Source: Oculina patagonica (taxonomy: Eukaryota). Taken from it: a stretch of 64,000 bases of DNA. Position numbers and translations under genes: made by a program. The number at the start of each line of letters is the position of its first letter. The first letter of the stretch is position 1. The notes beneath the pieces are model-generated. The model searched no databases and was not told the DNA's origin. It saw only the letters and a program-made list of their open reading frames with translations. The DNA is taken from positions 42,470,001-42,534,000 of the forward strand of contig NC_135759.1 of NCBI RefSeq assembly GCF_052425735.1, in the 5' to 3' direction. Below, one piece after another: positions 1-11,368 of this stretch.

Positions 1-1480
1 AGCTCCAAGTGCTCCAATGATAACTGGTATCGTTTCCGTTCTCATGCCCCACATTCGGCCTGTTTCGATTTCCAAGTCCTTATATTTAGATAGTTTTTCA
101 GTGACTTTCACGGATGTGTTTCTGTCTGATGGTACTGCCATGTCAATAAATTTACAGGTTTTCGTTTTGTGATCTTTAATCACTATATCTGGTCTGTTGG
201 CTGTTATTTTCCTGTCTGTGTGTATGGGCATGTCCCATAATATTGTGACATCCTCATTTTCTGTAACTGTTTCCGGTTCATGGTCATACCAATTTTCTGA
301 TGTCTCTATATTATAGTTGTGACAGACTTTCCAGTGTATATACGCGGCTGCTTTATCGTGTCGGTGGATATATTCTGTTTTCGCAAGTTCAGGGCACCCA
401 GACACGATATGGTCGATTGTTTCGTCGTATTTGTTACACATCCTGCATAGGGGGCTAGTACCGTCTTTGATAATTCTGGCGTGGTATGATCTGGTAGCTA
501 GGCTTTGGTCCTGGGCTGCGATTATGAATCCTTCTGTTTCTGCCTTCAGTCCACTGCTTTTCAGCCACTGGTTGGTTTTGTGGTGGTCGACATCTGCTTC
601 CTTTATTCTCTTTGGGTATCTCCCATGAAGAGCTTTGTCCTCCCACTGCTTTGTTAATTTTTCTTGGGTCTTATTTCGTGCCATTTGTTTGGTTCTCTTT
701 GCATATTTGGTGGTTGTTTCATCTGCTTGTTTGTCTGGGATTTGTAGGTCTAGTTCTTGTTTGAATTGCTCTGCTTGCTTTTGTATAGAATACAATTTCT
801 TTCTGCCATCATGTTCTTGCACTAGTTTGATTAGGGCATCATCTGTGTTCTTTAGGTATGTATCGAGCCCTATCGTGGTTGTTTTGTAAGAGGCTTCTAA
901 TTGGATAAGACCCCTACCACCAGCATTTCTTGGGAGGTAGAGCCTGTCTACATCTGCTTTGGTGTGATGCATCTTTGATAGGGTGAGTAGTTTTCTTGTT
1001 TTTGTGTCTAACCTTTTGATTTCACTCATCTTCCAGTCGATTATGTTAAAACTGTAAGTCACCACTGGGATGGCTAAGGTGTTGATTGCCTCAAATCTAT
1101 TGGCAGCATTGAGCTCCGTTTTTAGGACCATCCTTACTCTGCGGTAGTATTCCTTCCTCACTTTTTCTTTCATCTTGGCATGCTGTATACCATCACTTTC
1201 ATCCACACCAAGGTATTTGTATGTGTTCTCTTGGTCTAGCTCCTTGATACAGGTGTCAGTGTCAAGTTGCAGGTCGAAAGTTTCTGTCAGCTTTCCTCCT
1301 TTGAATGTAGCTTTAGCACATTTGTCCAGCCCGAATTCCATCTTGATGTCATCGCTGAATGTCTTTACAATATTGAGTAGGCCGGTTTGCTGGCTGTCAC
1401 TTTTTGCATAGGTTTTTAGGTCGTCCATGTAGAAAAGGTGACTGATTGTTTTACCTTGGACTTCATAACCATAAGGGGAT
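1..1480 (-). mobile_element. 5'-truncated non-LTR retrotransposon, R4/Dong-like clade (RT C-terminal part, CCHC knuckle, restriction-like endonuclease); continues past the left window edge
   Basis: Manual minus-strand translation: ISHLFYMDDLKTYA (RT catalytic YMDD), YKYLGV, LYLPRNAGGRGL, CRMCNKYDETIDHIVSGC (CCHC), RHDKAAAYIHW, RPDIVIKD..FIDMAVP..KYKDL (RLE). No stops seen in the parts read. Absent from the ORF track because its stop lies outside the window. Confidence 0.9.
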
Positions 1481-1482
1481 GC

Positions 1483-1530
<48 letters not shown>
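1483..1530. repeat. (TAA)n/(ATT)n microsatellite
   Basis: About 16 perfect units directly against the truncated 5' end of the retrotransposon. Confidence 0.95.
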
Positions 1531-1531
<1 letters not shown>

Positions 1532-2020
1532 TTATTTATTTTTTTTTGGGGAGGGGGGCAAATACAATGTGAGTGGACAAGCCCCTGTGACTTTAATGTA
1601 AACAAGTTTGAATTTGTGTGACGGAAGGAATTTTTGTAGGCATGTTATCATTGTAGGCACCAAGTTCCAACCTTAAAGTTGCTTACTGACTGAGCCATGA
1701 GATTTGATAGGAGAATTATAGCCTTGTGATTATTCTGTATACATGAGGACCATGTTGTGATGCCACAACTCCAAGCTGATATATCGTGTTAGCCATCCCA
1801 CTCAGTCAATAAGTACAGTTGAACCCCACCCCATGGCTGTCTTAAAACAAATTATTTCACAAAAAGACTGAAAACGAAAGATTTATCTTGAAAGATTTAT
1901 CTTGAAAGAGTTCATGAGAGTTTCAGTATGAATTTTTCGTCATCACACATTTTGAAAATACGGATTGGTTGAAAAATTTGTAGGCCCGGGCCTACGGGGC
2001 TATAGGCTGGCTACGCCCCT

Positions 2021-2160
2021 GATTGTATTTGACATTACCTGTGGCATCGGCGACTTCAGAGCGTACATTTTCTGCCCTTCGACGTCTAAATAACAACTCA
2101 AAAAGCACCATGAAGCAGGATCGTCTAAACTACCAAGTTATGCATTGTCACAAATCGATT
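2021..2160 (+). mobile_element. hAT transposase C-terminal (dimerisation domain) remnant
   Basis: Translates to LYLTLPVASATSERTFSALRRL..STMKQDRLN. A near-identical fragment lies at ~34521-34620. Confidence 0.75.
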
Positions 2161-2750
2161 ACAGACACACCGGACACTGTTTAAGACATTTTGGGATATT
2201 TAAGTAGGGGGATGCACCCCCGCGGGAGGGGGTATGCGCTTGGTTCATAACTGTGTCTTCCTGGTAGAGGGCCCTTTCCGGGGGTACTCAGGGACCATTA
2301 ATGGGGCTGCCCGGATATCAACCACGTTGCACGCTTCCCAAAATTAATACAAAGCATGCTTCTCAATCGGAAAGCTTTTCATGTGGTGACCCATGAAAAC
2401 TGTTGTATAAAACTTTTATGTGGTCATGTGATCGTTCACAAACTCGGGTCCAGTCCATTTAAAACTTCGGATAGGTTATGAATTCCGATGAAGTTCTAGC
2501 GCTTTCGATTCTAATACCCGAGTCGGTGAAAAAGCGGATTCAGAATAAGAAAACTAAGTTGTCAACTAAATAGCCACTTAATTGAGGCATGTTTTCTTGG
2601 TTAACAATAACCTTAAGTCTTCCAGGGGTGGTTCGAAATTAGTTTATTTTTTGTGTACATTACATCTACATCCCCCGCATAATGATCCGCGATGAAATTG
2701 TTATAAAATAAAACTCTGTATTGGAAGTGGTTTCAATAATTCACGCAACT

Positions 2751-5700
2751 ATGGCAGGTCTTCGGTTTGCTTTCCTTTTCGGAGTTTCTTTGGTACATCT
2801 TCTAGAAATGTCAACTGGCAGTGCAGTGACTGACCCTACAAAAGGTAGGTGAATATTTTTTATCCTGGTGCGGAACAGAAGTTGACTGGTTCTAGAATTA
2901 TAGAGTTCAGGGCCCGGTTGGATAAAGCAACTTAAGATTAAGTGGGATTTTCTGCAACTGCTCCCTGCGTTCCGCTCGATGTTTTTGCAAGGTCATGGTT
3001 TTTCCTGTAGTCTTTAGTCCGTCTTCGCCCGATTCATCCATAATAGGACGAGAGAAAATCCACTGGAACACAGGGAATGGTTGCAGAAAGTAGCACTTAA
3101 TCTTAAGTTGTTTTATGCAACCGGAAGGTCCCAGGTGCCTCGGAATTCATAGGATGACGAAATTCCTCCTAAATGGAGCGGATGTTTGAAAATTTTACAG
3201 CAAAACTTGTTATGGAATTGTAACAGCTAGAAAGAAAGATTTAAATCGTAATGTATAGAAATCGATGAAACTTATTTATTGCAGAATAAGTTTCCTAGAA
3301 ATGTACGCAGAAATAAAGTAGGTTTTCAGACTTTTCGTGTGAATGAGATTTTTCACTGCTTAGTAAATAAAAAATAGCTGAAAATAGCTTACCTATAGCA
3401 AAAATTGTTTAAAACTAATTAAACAAGCAGAAAGAAAACTTGATTCCACTGCCAATTTTATTTCAGATTATTCAAAACAATATTTCTCATTTTTTGCAAG
3501 TTTTGATTTTCAAAATGCCGTTGTTTGTTGGAGCTACTTGTGAATCATAACTTCTAGCATGTCAGTTTCAAGCAAGACGTTTCCAAATTTATTTTTAGGA
3601 ACTCAGCTCTAATTGCATTGAAATTTTGCCAAATTAAATATTAATTTTTAATAAACGAAAGTATTCAATTTTATTTTAATATCAAACTATGAAGCTCACA
3701 GGACCGTGAGAAAACCTTGTATGTGTTTCAAGCTGTTGTTTCTTTGTTCACATTGCTGAGGAACAATTGCCATAAAAATATCGAATATCATAATGAAAAA
3801 GTTTAACACACAAGTCACTTGAAGTAACCAAAACATTCTGTGAGACAATGTCTGTCTTAAAACAAATTATTTCACAAAAAGACGGAAAACAAAGAATTTC
3901 AAAGAATTATAAAACAAAGAATTTCAAAATAGTGATAGCCAAATCAATTTTTTTCCATAGATATTTCTGGATCTGGATTCAGTTTGAATGCTTGTACTTT
4001 TCGTTCAAAATTATTTACGTGATTTGTATCTTGAGGATAAAAATAAGCGAAAATAAGCCGCGACGTTTCGAACTCATCTTGAGTTCATGATCAAGAAGAT
4101 ATGAGTAAAATAACGGTCGAGTTAAGTTTAAATGCAAATAGAGGTGATGAAGTATATTAGAATATTTTAAAAGCAGTGTTTCGCGGTCAAATTGATTTTG
4201 GCTGCTTTGAAACCGCAAGCGCACTTTTCCCTTCTGTAGCATATTTATGTCTAGTTAAATTGTCACAAGTCCTAACAAGCGACAAACTCTGGCGATTTAT
4301 TTGAGAGAGATTCAAAGCAAGTTGGTGCCGTCAGCGTTTAAGAGGAAATCCGCCAGGACTTCGAGTAGTCATTGGACAAAATTATGTACCAAAACTATTT
4401 ACACCTGATTGCAAGCTTTTGTGTTACTGCTTCAAATATCTTATCGAAAGAAATCTTTTCTAACAACACCACACATCGAAAACACATTTTGAAGTTCCGC
4501 TGAATTCCACTGAATCGCTTAAAAGATGTAAGCTTTTGCCCATAGCTTGTGAACTTTAAATATCATTTTCTCAGACTCGGATAAGAAATTGTTGTACCAG
4601 AATTATTTCCACCTTATTGCAAACTTTTTTGTTACTGCTTCAAATATCTTATCAAAAGAAATCTTTTCTAACAACACCACACATCGAAAACACATTTTGA
4701 AGTTCCGCTGAATTCCACTGAATCGCTTAAGACGAATTTACAAAATGGCTACACGTGAGATTTTTCCTATACCTTGTGAACTTTGAAATTCATTTTCTCA
4801 GACTCTGATAAGAAATTGTTGTTGGTGTCATCACGGATAATTACTTACATCTTTACCTTTTATTAAGGGTAGGAAATAACGCAATAGGATTTAAATTATT
4901 CTGGAAATTGATTTTTGTCCAACTTTAATAAATATTACTCAACTTCCTAGTGGATTCCGTCTTAACTGTTTTGTGTTAAAAGTAGACTTTTAAATAAATA
5001 CTCACAAGATCCCTCTAGTAAGGCTATTTATCTGGAGTTAGTCTTGAGCTAAAAAAAATTTAGTACAGTATCTAGGTTCGCAATTATGAAAGTGTAAAAA
5101 TTAACAACAGTATTTAAGTTTTGCGAGGTTGTTCGGGCTTCTTAGTCCCAATGAGGCTCTCATTATTTACTTTTGAAAATTATATGTTAATAAACATTTT
5201 AAAAAATAAGTTAACTGAATGATCTGTTAATTAAAAGCGGTTAAGTCAACGGACAAACTATGTCAACCTTATCTAAATAATAGAAAAAAGCAAGGTTTTA
5301 GATAGACAGTTTCAAAATAGTGTATCATACGCCCGATTAACACGACAGGCGTTTTAGGCACGGCACTCCTGAATTTCGGTACCCGTACCTTAAAGTATGG
5401 CCGCCAACTTTCCATTCACATGACAAAATTGTATTGTTTCACGGCACTACTAATTTTCTTTTGGGCACTCCTAAAACGAGAAACGGCACCCCCTAATTAT
5501 TGAGCCTTGTCCACGCATGCGTTTGCGGTTTACCGTTTTTAGGCGTGCACTTTATGTAAACCGAATGTTCGGACATCACACGATGTGCTTTTTTCATAAA
5601 TATGCTACAGAAGGGAAAAGTGCGCTTGCGGTTTCAAAGCAGCCAAAATCAAAGGGTTTAATTTATGGATGCGTTTACGATCATCATCAGCACTGTTTTA

Positions 5701-7274
5701 GTAAATTTGAGCCGATTCTTTGTACTCTTTTGCTACAGTACAATTGTGCAGTGAGAATTGTATGGTCTTAACACTCAAGATCTCAATCATTTTCAACGTC
5801 GCTTCCTCTGACTAAAAAACAGCCCACGGAGTTTTGCGACCTGTTTCGCCCAAAGAACAAGACGCCATCTAAGATACTCTTAGCAATACGACAACAGAGA
5901 TTTAATTAGCACTAATCTGTAATCATTTTCCTACTTGTTGTAGATGCTCAAGCCTCGACAAATTTACCAACTAACCCTTCCACTACCACTCAAGTAATGA
6001 ATGGCTCTGATGCACTGTTAACAACGCCTTCACCGCCGGCTTCGAATCAGAAACTGTTTCTACTACGCTTTAACTGGAATAATGGCACTCAATGGCAGGA
6101 GGAATTAGCCGACACAGAGAGCGATGCCTTTATTCAAACTGCAAACGAACTGAAACAGAAACTCGATGGGCTGTTTGAAGAAATCCCTTACGTCCTCGAC
6201 TGGAATGTCATTGGGCTGGCAAATGATTCCGCTGCTCTCAAGGTTAGTGCACATGTGCAAACAACGGCAAGCTTGTTAGCCGACGAACTGGCGGAAAGCT
6301 TTGCCTGGTCGGTGCAAACCCAAATGAAGTCAGAAAAAAAGATGGTGTCTGATATCATTGTGGAGGAATTAAACTCAACAAACGCCGTCTTATCAAAACC
6401 AACCGAGACATCACTGGCAATATTGCCACAATCAACCACGATTCACGAAATATCACCACTTAAAACAGCCATGTCTTCAACGCAGGCAATGTCTACATCG
6501 ACCACACCGCAAATGCCAACAGTCACCAGCTCAGCGGCGCTTGGTGCGTCTGCCGGCCTGCCAACGGATCACTCAAAAATTACCACAGAACCAACCATAC
6601 CAGCAGATGCAGTGAAGTTTCTTGTTGTAATGACAATAAAAAATTTAAATTATTCCTCAGAAATGGCCTATCCAAACAGCACCGTTTTCAAGAATGCCGT
6701 TGCAGAGATTCAAGCTGTACTTTACACAGATTTATGCGTAAAGAAATTACCAGGATGTATTGACATAACAGTGATCAAACTCCAGAAAGGCAGCGTCATT
6801 GTCACCTCGAACATTCACATGTCTTCTTCAACAAAATACAAGCAATCCGACGTTCAAGAGATCATCAGCGATTCAGCAAAAAATGATGAGCTGGGGCATT
6901 TGCGAGTTAGCAGTGTAGTGGTGAACAAGGAAGAAAAAGAAAAAGAAGACCAAGAACTGGGAAGCTCGTCTGCGGGTGTTTTTATTTACGTCCTCTGTGG
7001 TGCAGGAGCCATGCTGGTGATTGCGTTGACCATACTTGCAGTTTCGAAGGTAAGACAGTAGCCAATAGCCTCCATTTGACGCACAAATGTGGGCTATGCA
7101 CTGATAGTTGTCCAAAGACATTATCTGTTGTAAGAAGTGAACAGTTTTCCGAGAACAAAGGGAGATTGTGAAAACTGTGATCTTCGAGGAACAAATAATG
7201 TACAAGGAAAAATATTAGTGCCTTGTGTGTATCCTAATAGCACACGGACATAGTCGTGCAATGACTTACTTCAC

Positions 7275-7329
<55 letters not shown>

Positions 7330-7676
7330 TATCGTTAACATCATCATGTCTCATCGTGCCACTAGGCGCATAAAGACGGGTAATGGACGAGAAAAGCCGT
7401 GAATATTAGCAGTACTGCATTCTCCTGCTTCCCATCTTAGCGATGAGAATTGTCTCCCTTCCCACTTTCCATTGACCACAACCCAGTCCACATAGACAGG
7501 AAATAAGAGAAAGAATGTGGTTTTAAATCATGGAGAGTTGTGCGAACTCTTGTTACACGCGTAAGATATCTACATACTCCTTTATGACGCACAAATCATA
7601 ATTTTACTTTGTCTCTTTTCAGTACCAAAGCTGCAAGAAACAGACTCAGGTTGGCGGAAATCCATCAAGTACTTGA
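2751..7676 (+). CDS. SEA-domain mucin-like type I membrane protein (signal peptide, SEA, Ser/Thr-rich stalk, SEA, TM, short tail; ~417 aa)
   Basis: Exons 2751-2844 (MAGLRFAFLFGVSLVHLL, signal peptide), 5944-7049 and 7623-7676 (YQSCKK..SST*), all GT-AG and phase-consistent. SEA motifs WQEELADTESDAF and YSSEMAYPNSTVF..LQKGSVIV. TM segment VFIYVLCGAGAMLVIALTILAV. Confidence 0.8.
2914..3124. mobile_element. MITE-like element with ~45-bp imperfect TIRs
   Basis: ccggttggataaagcaacttaagattaagtg ... cacttaatcttaagttgttttatgcaaccgg. Confidence 0.6.
4192..5652. repeat. 58-bp perfect inverted repeat pair (4192-4249 / 5595-5652) enclosing a ~210-bp tandem duplication (~4385-4820); probable non-autonomous DNA transposon
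   Basis: ttgattttggctgctttgaaaccgcaagcgcacttttcccttctgtagcatatttatg and its exact reverse complement. The block gttactgcttcaaatatc...gaatcgcttaa occurs twice. Confidence 0.7.
7276..7380 (-). repeat. (CAT)n tract with an adjacent probable LINE (RTE-like) 3' end
   Basis: Minus strand reads ...tttatgcgcctagtggcacgatgagac-(GAT)n, which resembles microsatellite-tailed RTE 3' ends. Confidence 0.5.
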
Positions 7677-7847
7677 AAAAGAGTCAAGTAACTTAAGAAA
7701 GTTTTCTCTTGCCCTCACCATAAGGGCGTATATTCGAAACACCGATCAACTGCTGTTAAAAATTTTAATCACTTTTTACATTCTATGTTCATATTTGTTA
7801 GCAAGAACCACACTTGTGAAAGCTCAGTCCGATGCATCAAAACAGTA

Positions 7848-7921
7848 GGCTAAGCTGGGATATGATGATGATGATGATAAACATGATGATGATGATGATG
7901 ATGATGATGGCTAAGCTGGGA
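7848..7921 (+). repeat. 48-bp (GAT)n insert flanked by a 13-bp direct repeat
   Basis: GGCTAAGCTGGGA at 7848-7860 and 7909-7921. Confidence 0.8.
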
Positions 7922-8695
7922 CAGATGCATACTTCGTTGTAGTGAGAAATACCTGTTAATCGCAAGAGAGGGGGTTAATTTGTAATAGTATGTTCACGGT
8001 AAATTTGGTAAATAGATATCTCTTTGACTGCTCAAATTTGTAAATATTCTCCGGCGATGATTTCTCCGTTTATCTTTAAAATTCAGTTCGAAATGCTCCA
8101 ACTTGAACTTCTGTATGCTTATAACGTTAGTCATAATAGCAGAGAAAATGCAAATAACAATTTGTGTCCTTTTCTCTTTTTCAAATTGAAAAAGTAAACC
8201 TGGGCCTTCACGTTACTAGGCTGTCCATAGATCTTCTGTCAACCTTTAGTCAGCTACTAATTAAATAAAGCAAGTAATAGCTGTTTTTGTTATATAAAAT
8301 TCTAACTTAGGCCCAAGGCCCAAGGTTTAAGAGGAACGGCTCATTTAAAGCACAATAAGACGATATGTATGCCTCTATTATTTTCCCGTGCATCGTATTT
8401 TATCTGGCTTCTACTGTCCTGGACAAATATAATTGTATACGTAGTAAGTAGGTAGGTTTGTATATTTGTAACCCCATTTGTCTTAATATCATATCAGCTA
8501 CGAAAATTTCTAAGCCGTTGTTTTCTATTCGTTTCTCCTCCATTGGAAACTGTGGCCGTCACGGTCTTTGTGGTTTATCCGGATTTTGAAATTGTAAACG
8601 ATAATTAACAAACGACTAATAAACATCTTGGTGCAGATGGCACACTTGTTATTTTTAGCTCCTTAGCTCCTTTAGTATTCGGCTTTTCAGCTTCT

Positions 8696-11368
8696 TCATA
8701 AACAGTGACCTGGGATGCTGGTTTCTTCCTCTGTCATTTTCAGTCTGGATATTCTATCGAGACTCTCTGCAGCGTCCTCGACTTCTGGATGATCGTCGGG
8801 ATAAAAGAGTTTTTCTATTTCAAAAGCTGTCTGATAATGCGTTTTGGCGACGTCTAGGTTGTTTAACTTTTCATAAACGGAACCAAGACTATGATGACAA
8901 GCACCGGCCAATCCGGCGGCCAATCGCTTTTCACCAAAGTCACTATGGATTTGTAGCGACATTTCCAGAAGTTGTCGTGCTTGATCGTAGCGACCGCAAT
9001 CCCAGTGAACCAAGGCAATAGCGTTTAAACAGTGTGCCACCTGTGGATGTTTCTCTCCAAACAGTTCAAGGTTGATAGAAAGCGCCTCCTTCAGACAACC
9101 CATCGCCTCGTCGTTGTGAGCAAGCTCGCGGTGCACTCGACCTAAGCTCCATAAACAGAGTGCCACGTCCGCGTGATTCTTGCCATGTATCTCCCTCTTT
9201 AGAGCCAGAGCATTTTCCAAGTATTTCAATGCGCTGCTGTAGTCACAGAGGAAAAGTAAGGCACGACCACAAAACCACAAAAGATGTGAAGATAGTTTGC
9301 CATCTACTGAGCTCTTCTCGTTCATGCAGTTGTGTTTTTCAGTGAAGCCACTAATTAAATTTAAACACTTTTTATACACAGATGTTTTTCCATAGATACG
9401 GCAGATTTCAGCACAGCGAGTAAACCACACAAAAAAATCGTGGAGTTCGGTCATTTTGCTTAGATCAACATAAAAGGAACTGTTAGCAGACTCAACGGAG
9501 ATGACGAAGTCTAGCAATGCACCCACGTGTTCAACAAAAACTTTTGTTCTTGGGCTTTCTTCTTTTACCATAGATTGAATGGGTTCGACCGAGGCAACAA
9601 CAACTTCAAGGGTATTTTCTGGGCTTATAGAGAGACTTTCACAGTCTTTAATCACTCTGTACAGCACTTGGTGAAAACTCAAAGTTTTTTCACGCCTGTC
9701 AAACATCAACAGCGAACAGTCTGCTATTTCAACACGAACGTCTTCTTCGTCGTGGTTAGGGACACGCTTAAGGACAAATTGAACGACAACGGCGAGCAAG
9801 ATGGGCGATGGCGCACAACGGGAGAGCAGCTGGAAACAATGGAACAGTATTTTTCTACTGGTGATGGTCCTTTCTAGAGCCATTTGTACGGCTACAGGCA
9901 TAGATTCCGAGTATCCGCTCTCGCATTTCTTTTTAACTTTACCCATTTCTGCTTCCTTCCCTGCTTCAAACTTATCCAAATATTTCCTCCAGTTGAAATT
10001 AGAAGATCCACGCAGGCTGACACTCTTTACGTACAAAGCAGCACACGCCAGGGCCAACGGCTGATAATCTAATGCCTTCGCAACATCTTGTACCGTGTCT
10101 TGATTAGACATCTGGGATACGTTATTAAGCAATCTGACCGCATCGTCAGGTTGCATGCCTTTGCTAAGAGAGATATGTCGACTCATGGGAGAGCTATCGG
10201 GAATGCCGCTGATATCCTGCGTGGTGACAAGCACTTGACCGCACCCGTACTGTTTACTTCCACTAGCTGGCCAAAATTCGCGGACAGCCTCGACGTCAAT
10301 AACACCATCTACGATAATCAACCACGACAAGAAAGCTTTCATTTTGGGAGCAATTAATGTTTTGAACTGTCTCAACTTTTGTTGTGCAGTGGAACCGCTT
10401 GAAGTCGTTATTGCACTGACAGCGTACTCTGTACATCCCAGTGCTCTGCTGAGGCTGTCGTACGAATACACCATATCCTCAAGAGCTTTTGCATTTAACG
10501 TAGTCACAAAATAAAGCTTATCATTTGAACCCTGTTTGAAAAATATTTCTCCGACTTCTCTAGCAAGCTGACTTTTGCCACAGCCAGGATTACCGGAAAG
10601 ATAAATTGTGGTGACGCCTCCATTGCTGCAACTGTAAAGTTCCTTTAACTGTTCTGTGATCATAGACACCTCATGAGTGCGTTCTTCAATTATGTGTGAA
10701 GGTTTAAGTGGAAGGCTGTCTAGGAAAGATTTTGGTTCGGAAGCGAGTTCTTCTTCTAGGGCATCAGATATTTCTAGAAGAACTGCATTCTGCTGTTGTA
10801 GATATGTCATTATTTTTTGGTCTTGCAGCAATTGACTTTTAAGGTTCCTTACTTCGATTGTGGGGAAATCGCTCTGGTTTGCAACCGTTCTGACGTCACT
10901 CAGAGACAGACCTAGCCCTATGAATGGTGTTTCCACTCTTTGAACTAAAAGCTGAAAATCGTGATTGGAAATCCGACCTTCTGAAACATGGGCAAATACC
11001 TCATTACGAAATTCCCGCAGATCGTCAACATAGCTTCCTACTTTACCGAGGGGAGAGAGAGGAGGACTGCTCGAAGCACCAATGCTGCCAGAGTACAAGA
11101 TGCTGTAAAATAGGGCGGTGCAGTCCCACTCTTTGCAGTTGCCATTTATCATTGAACTCAATACTTTTTTGTTTCTTTTTCGGCTCGCCATCGTTTCTCT
11201 GTTGTAAAAGTCGTGCCCATTTTTGGCTGTGTCGTGCCAGTCTCCCAACACGAGCCCGTACTTCCGGTTCCATTCTTCTTTGAAGACGTGTCGAAGTCCT
11301 TCTGTTATGATGTTTGTGGTGATGTAGCAAATTCGGAAGAAATTTAACTCTTCACCTGAGTATTCCAT
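8696..11368 (-). CDS. DZIP3-type HEPN domain + coiled coil + STAND (NB-ARC-like) NTPase + TPR protein, 890 aa, NLR-like
   Basis: Uninterrupted ORF. HEPN Rx5H motif FRNEVFAH preceded by WDCTALF; Walker A GNPGCGKS; Walker B LIIVDG; sensor-like VLVTTQ; QPLAL; FHQV (MHD-equivalent); kinesin-light-chain-type TPRs (HGKNHADVA, FGEKHPQVA, YPDDHPEV). A splice acceptor near 11403 suggests a 5'UTR intron. Confidence 0.9.
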   Translation of the reverse strand: MEYSGEELNFFRICYITTNIITEGLRHVFKEEWNRKYGLVLGDWHDTAKNGHDFYNRETMASRKRNKKVLSSMINGNCKEWDCTALFYSILYSGSIGASSSPPLSPLGKVGSYVDDLREFRNEVFAHVSEGRISNHDFQLLVQRVETPFIGLGLSLSDVRTVANQSDFPTIEVRNLKSQLLQDQKIMTYLQQQNAVLLEISDALEEELASEPKSFLDSLPLKPSHIIEERTHEVSMITEQLKELYSCSNGGVTTIYLSGNPGCGKSQLAREVGEIFFKQGSNDKLYFVTTLNAKALEDMVYSYDSLSRALGCTEYAVSAITTSSGSTAQQKLRQFKTLIAPKMKAFLSWLIIVDGVIDVEAVREFWPASGSKQYGCGQVLVTTQDISGIPDSSPMSRHISLSKGMQPDDAVRLLNNVSQMSNQDTVQDVAKALDYQPLALACAALYVKSVSLRGSSNFNWRKYLDKFEAGKEAEMGKVKKKCESGYSESMPVAVQMALERTITSRKILFHCFQLLSRCAPSPILLAVVVQFVLKRVPNHDEEDVRVEIADCSLLMFDRREKTLSFHQVLYRVIKDCESLSISPENTLEVVVASVEPIQSMVKEESPRTKVFVEHVGALLDFVISVESANSSFYVDLSKMTELHDFFVWFTRCAEICRIYGKTSVYKKCLNLISGFTEKHNCMNEKSSVDGKLSSHLLWFCGRALLFLCDYSSALKYLENALALKREIHGKNHADVALCLWSLGRVHRELAHNDEAMGCLKEALSINLELFGEKHPQVAHCLNAIALVHWDCGRYDQARQLLEMSLQIHSDFGEKRLAAGLAGACHHSLGSVYEKLNNLDVAKTHYQTAFEIEKLFYPDDHPEVEDAAESLDRISRLKMTEEETSIPGHCL

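Noticed and set aside
431-1411. Short ORFs listed at 431-628, 455-646, 635-889 and 1175-1411
   Set aside because: Antisense or off-frame shadows of the retrotransposon ORF.
9160-11330. Several 60-120 aa ORFs overlapping the STAND gene
   Set aside because: Shadow frames with no recognisable motifs.
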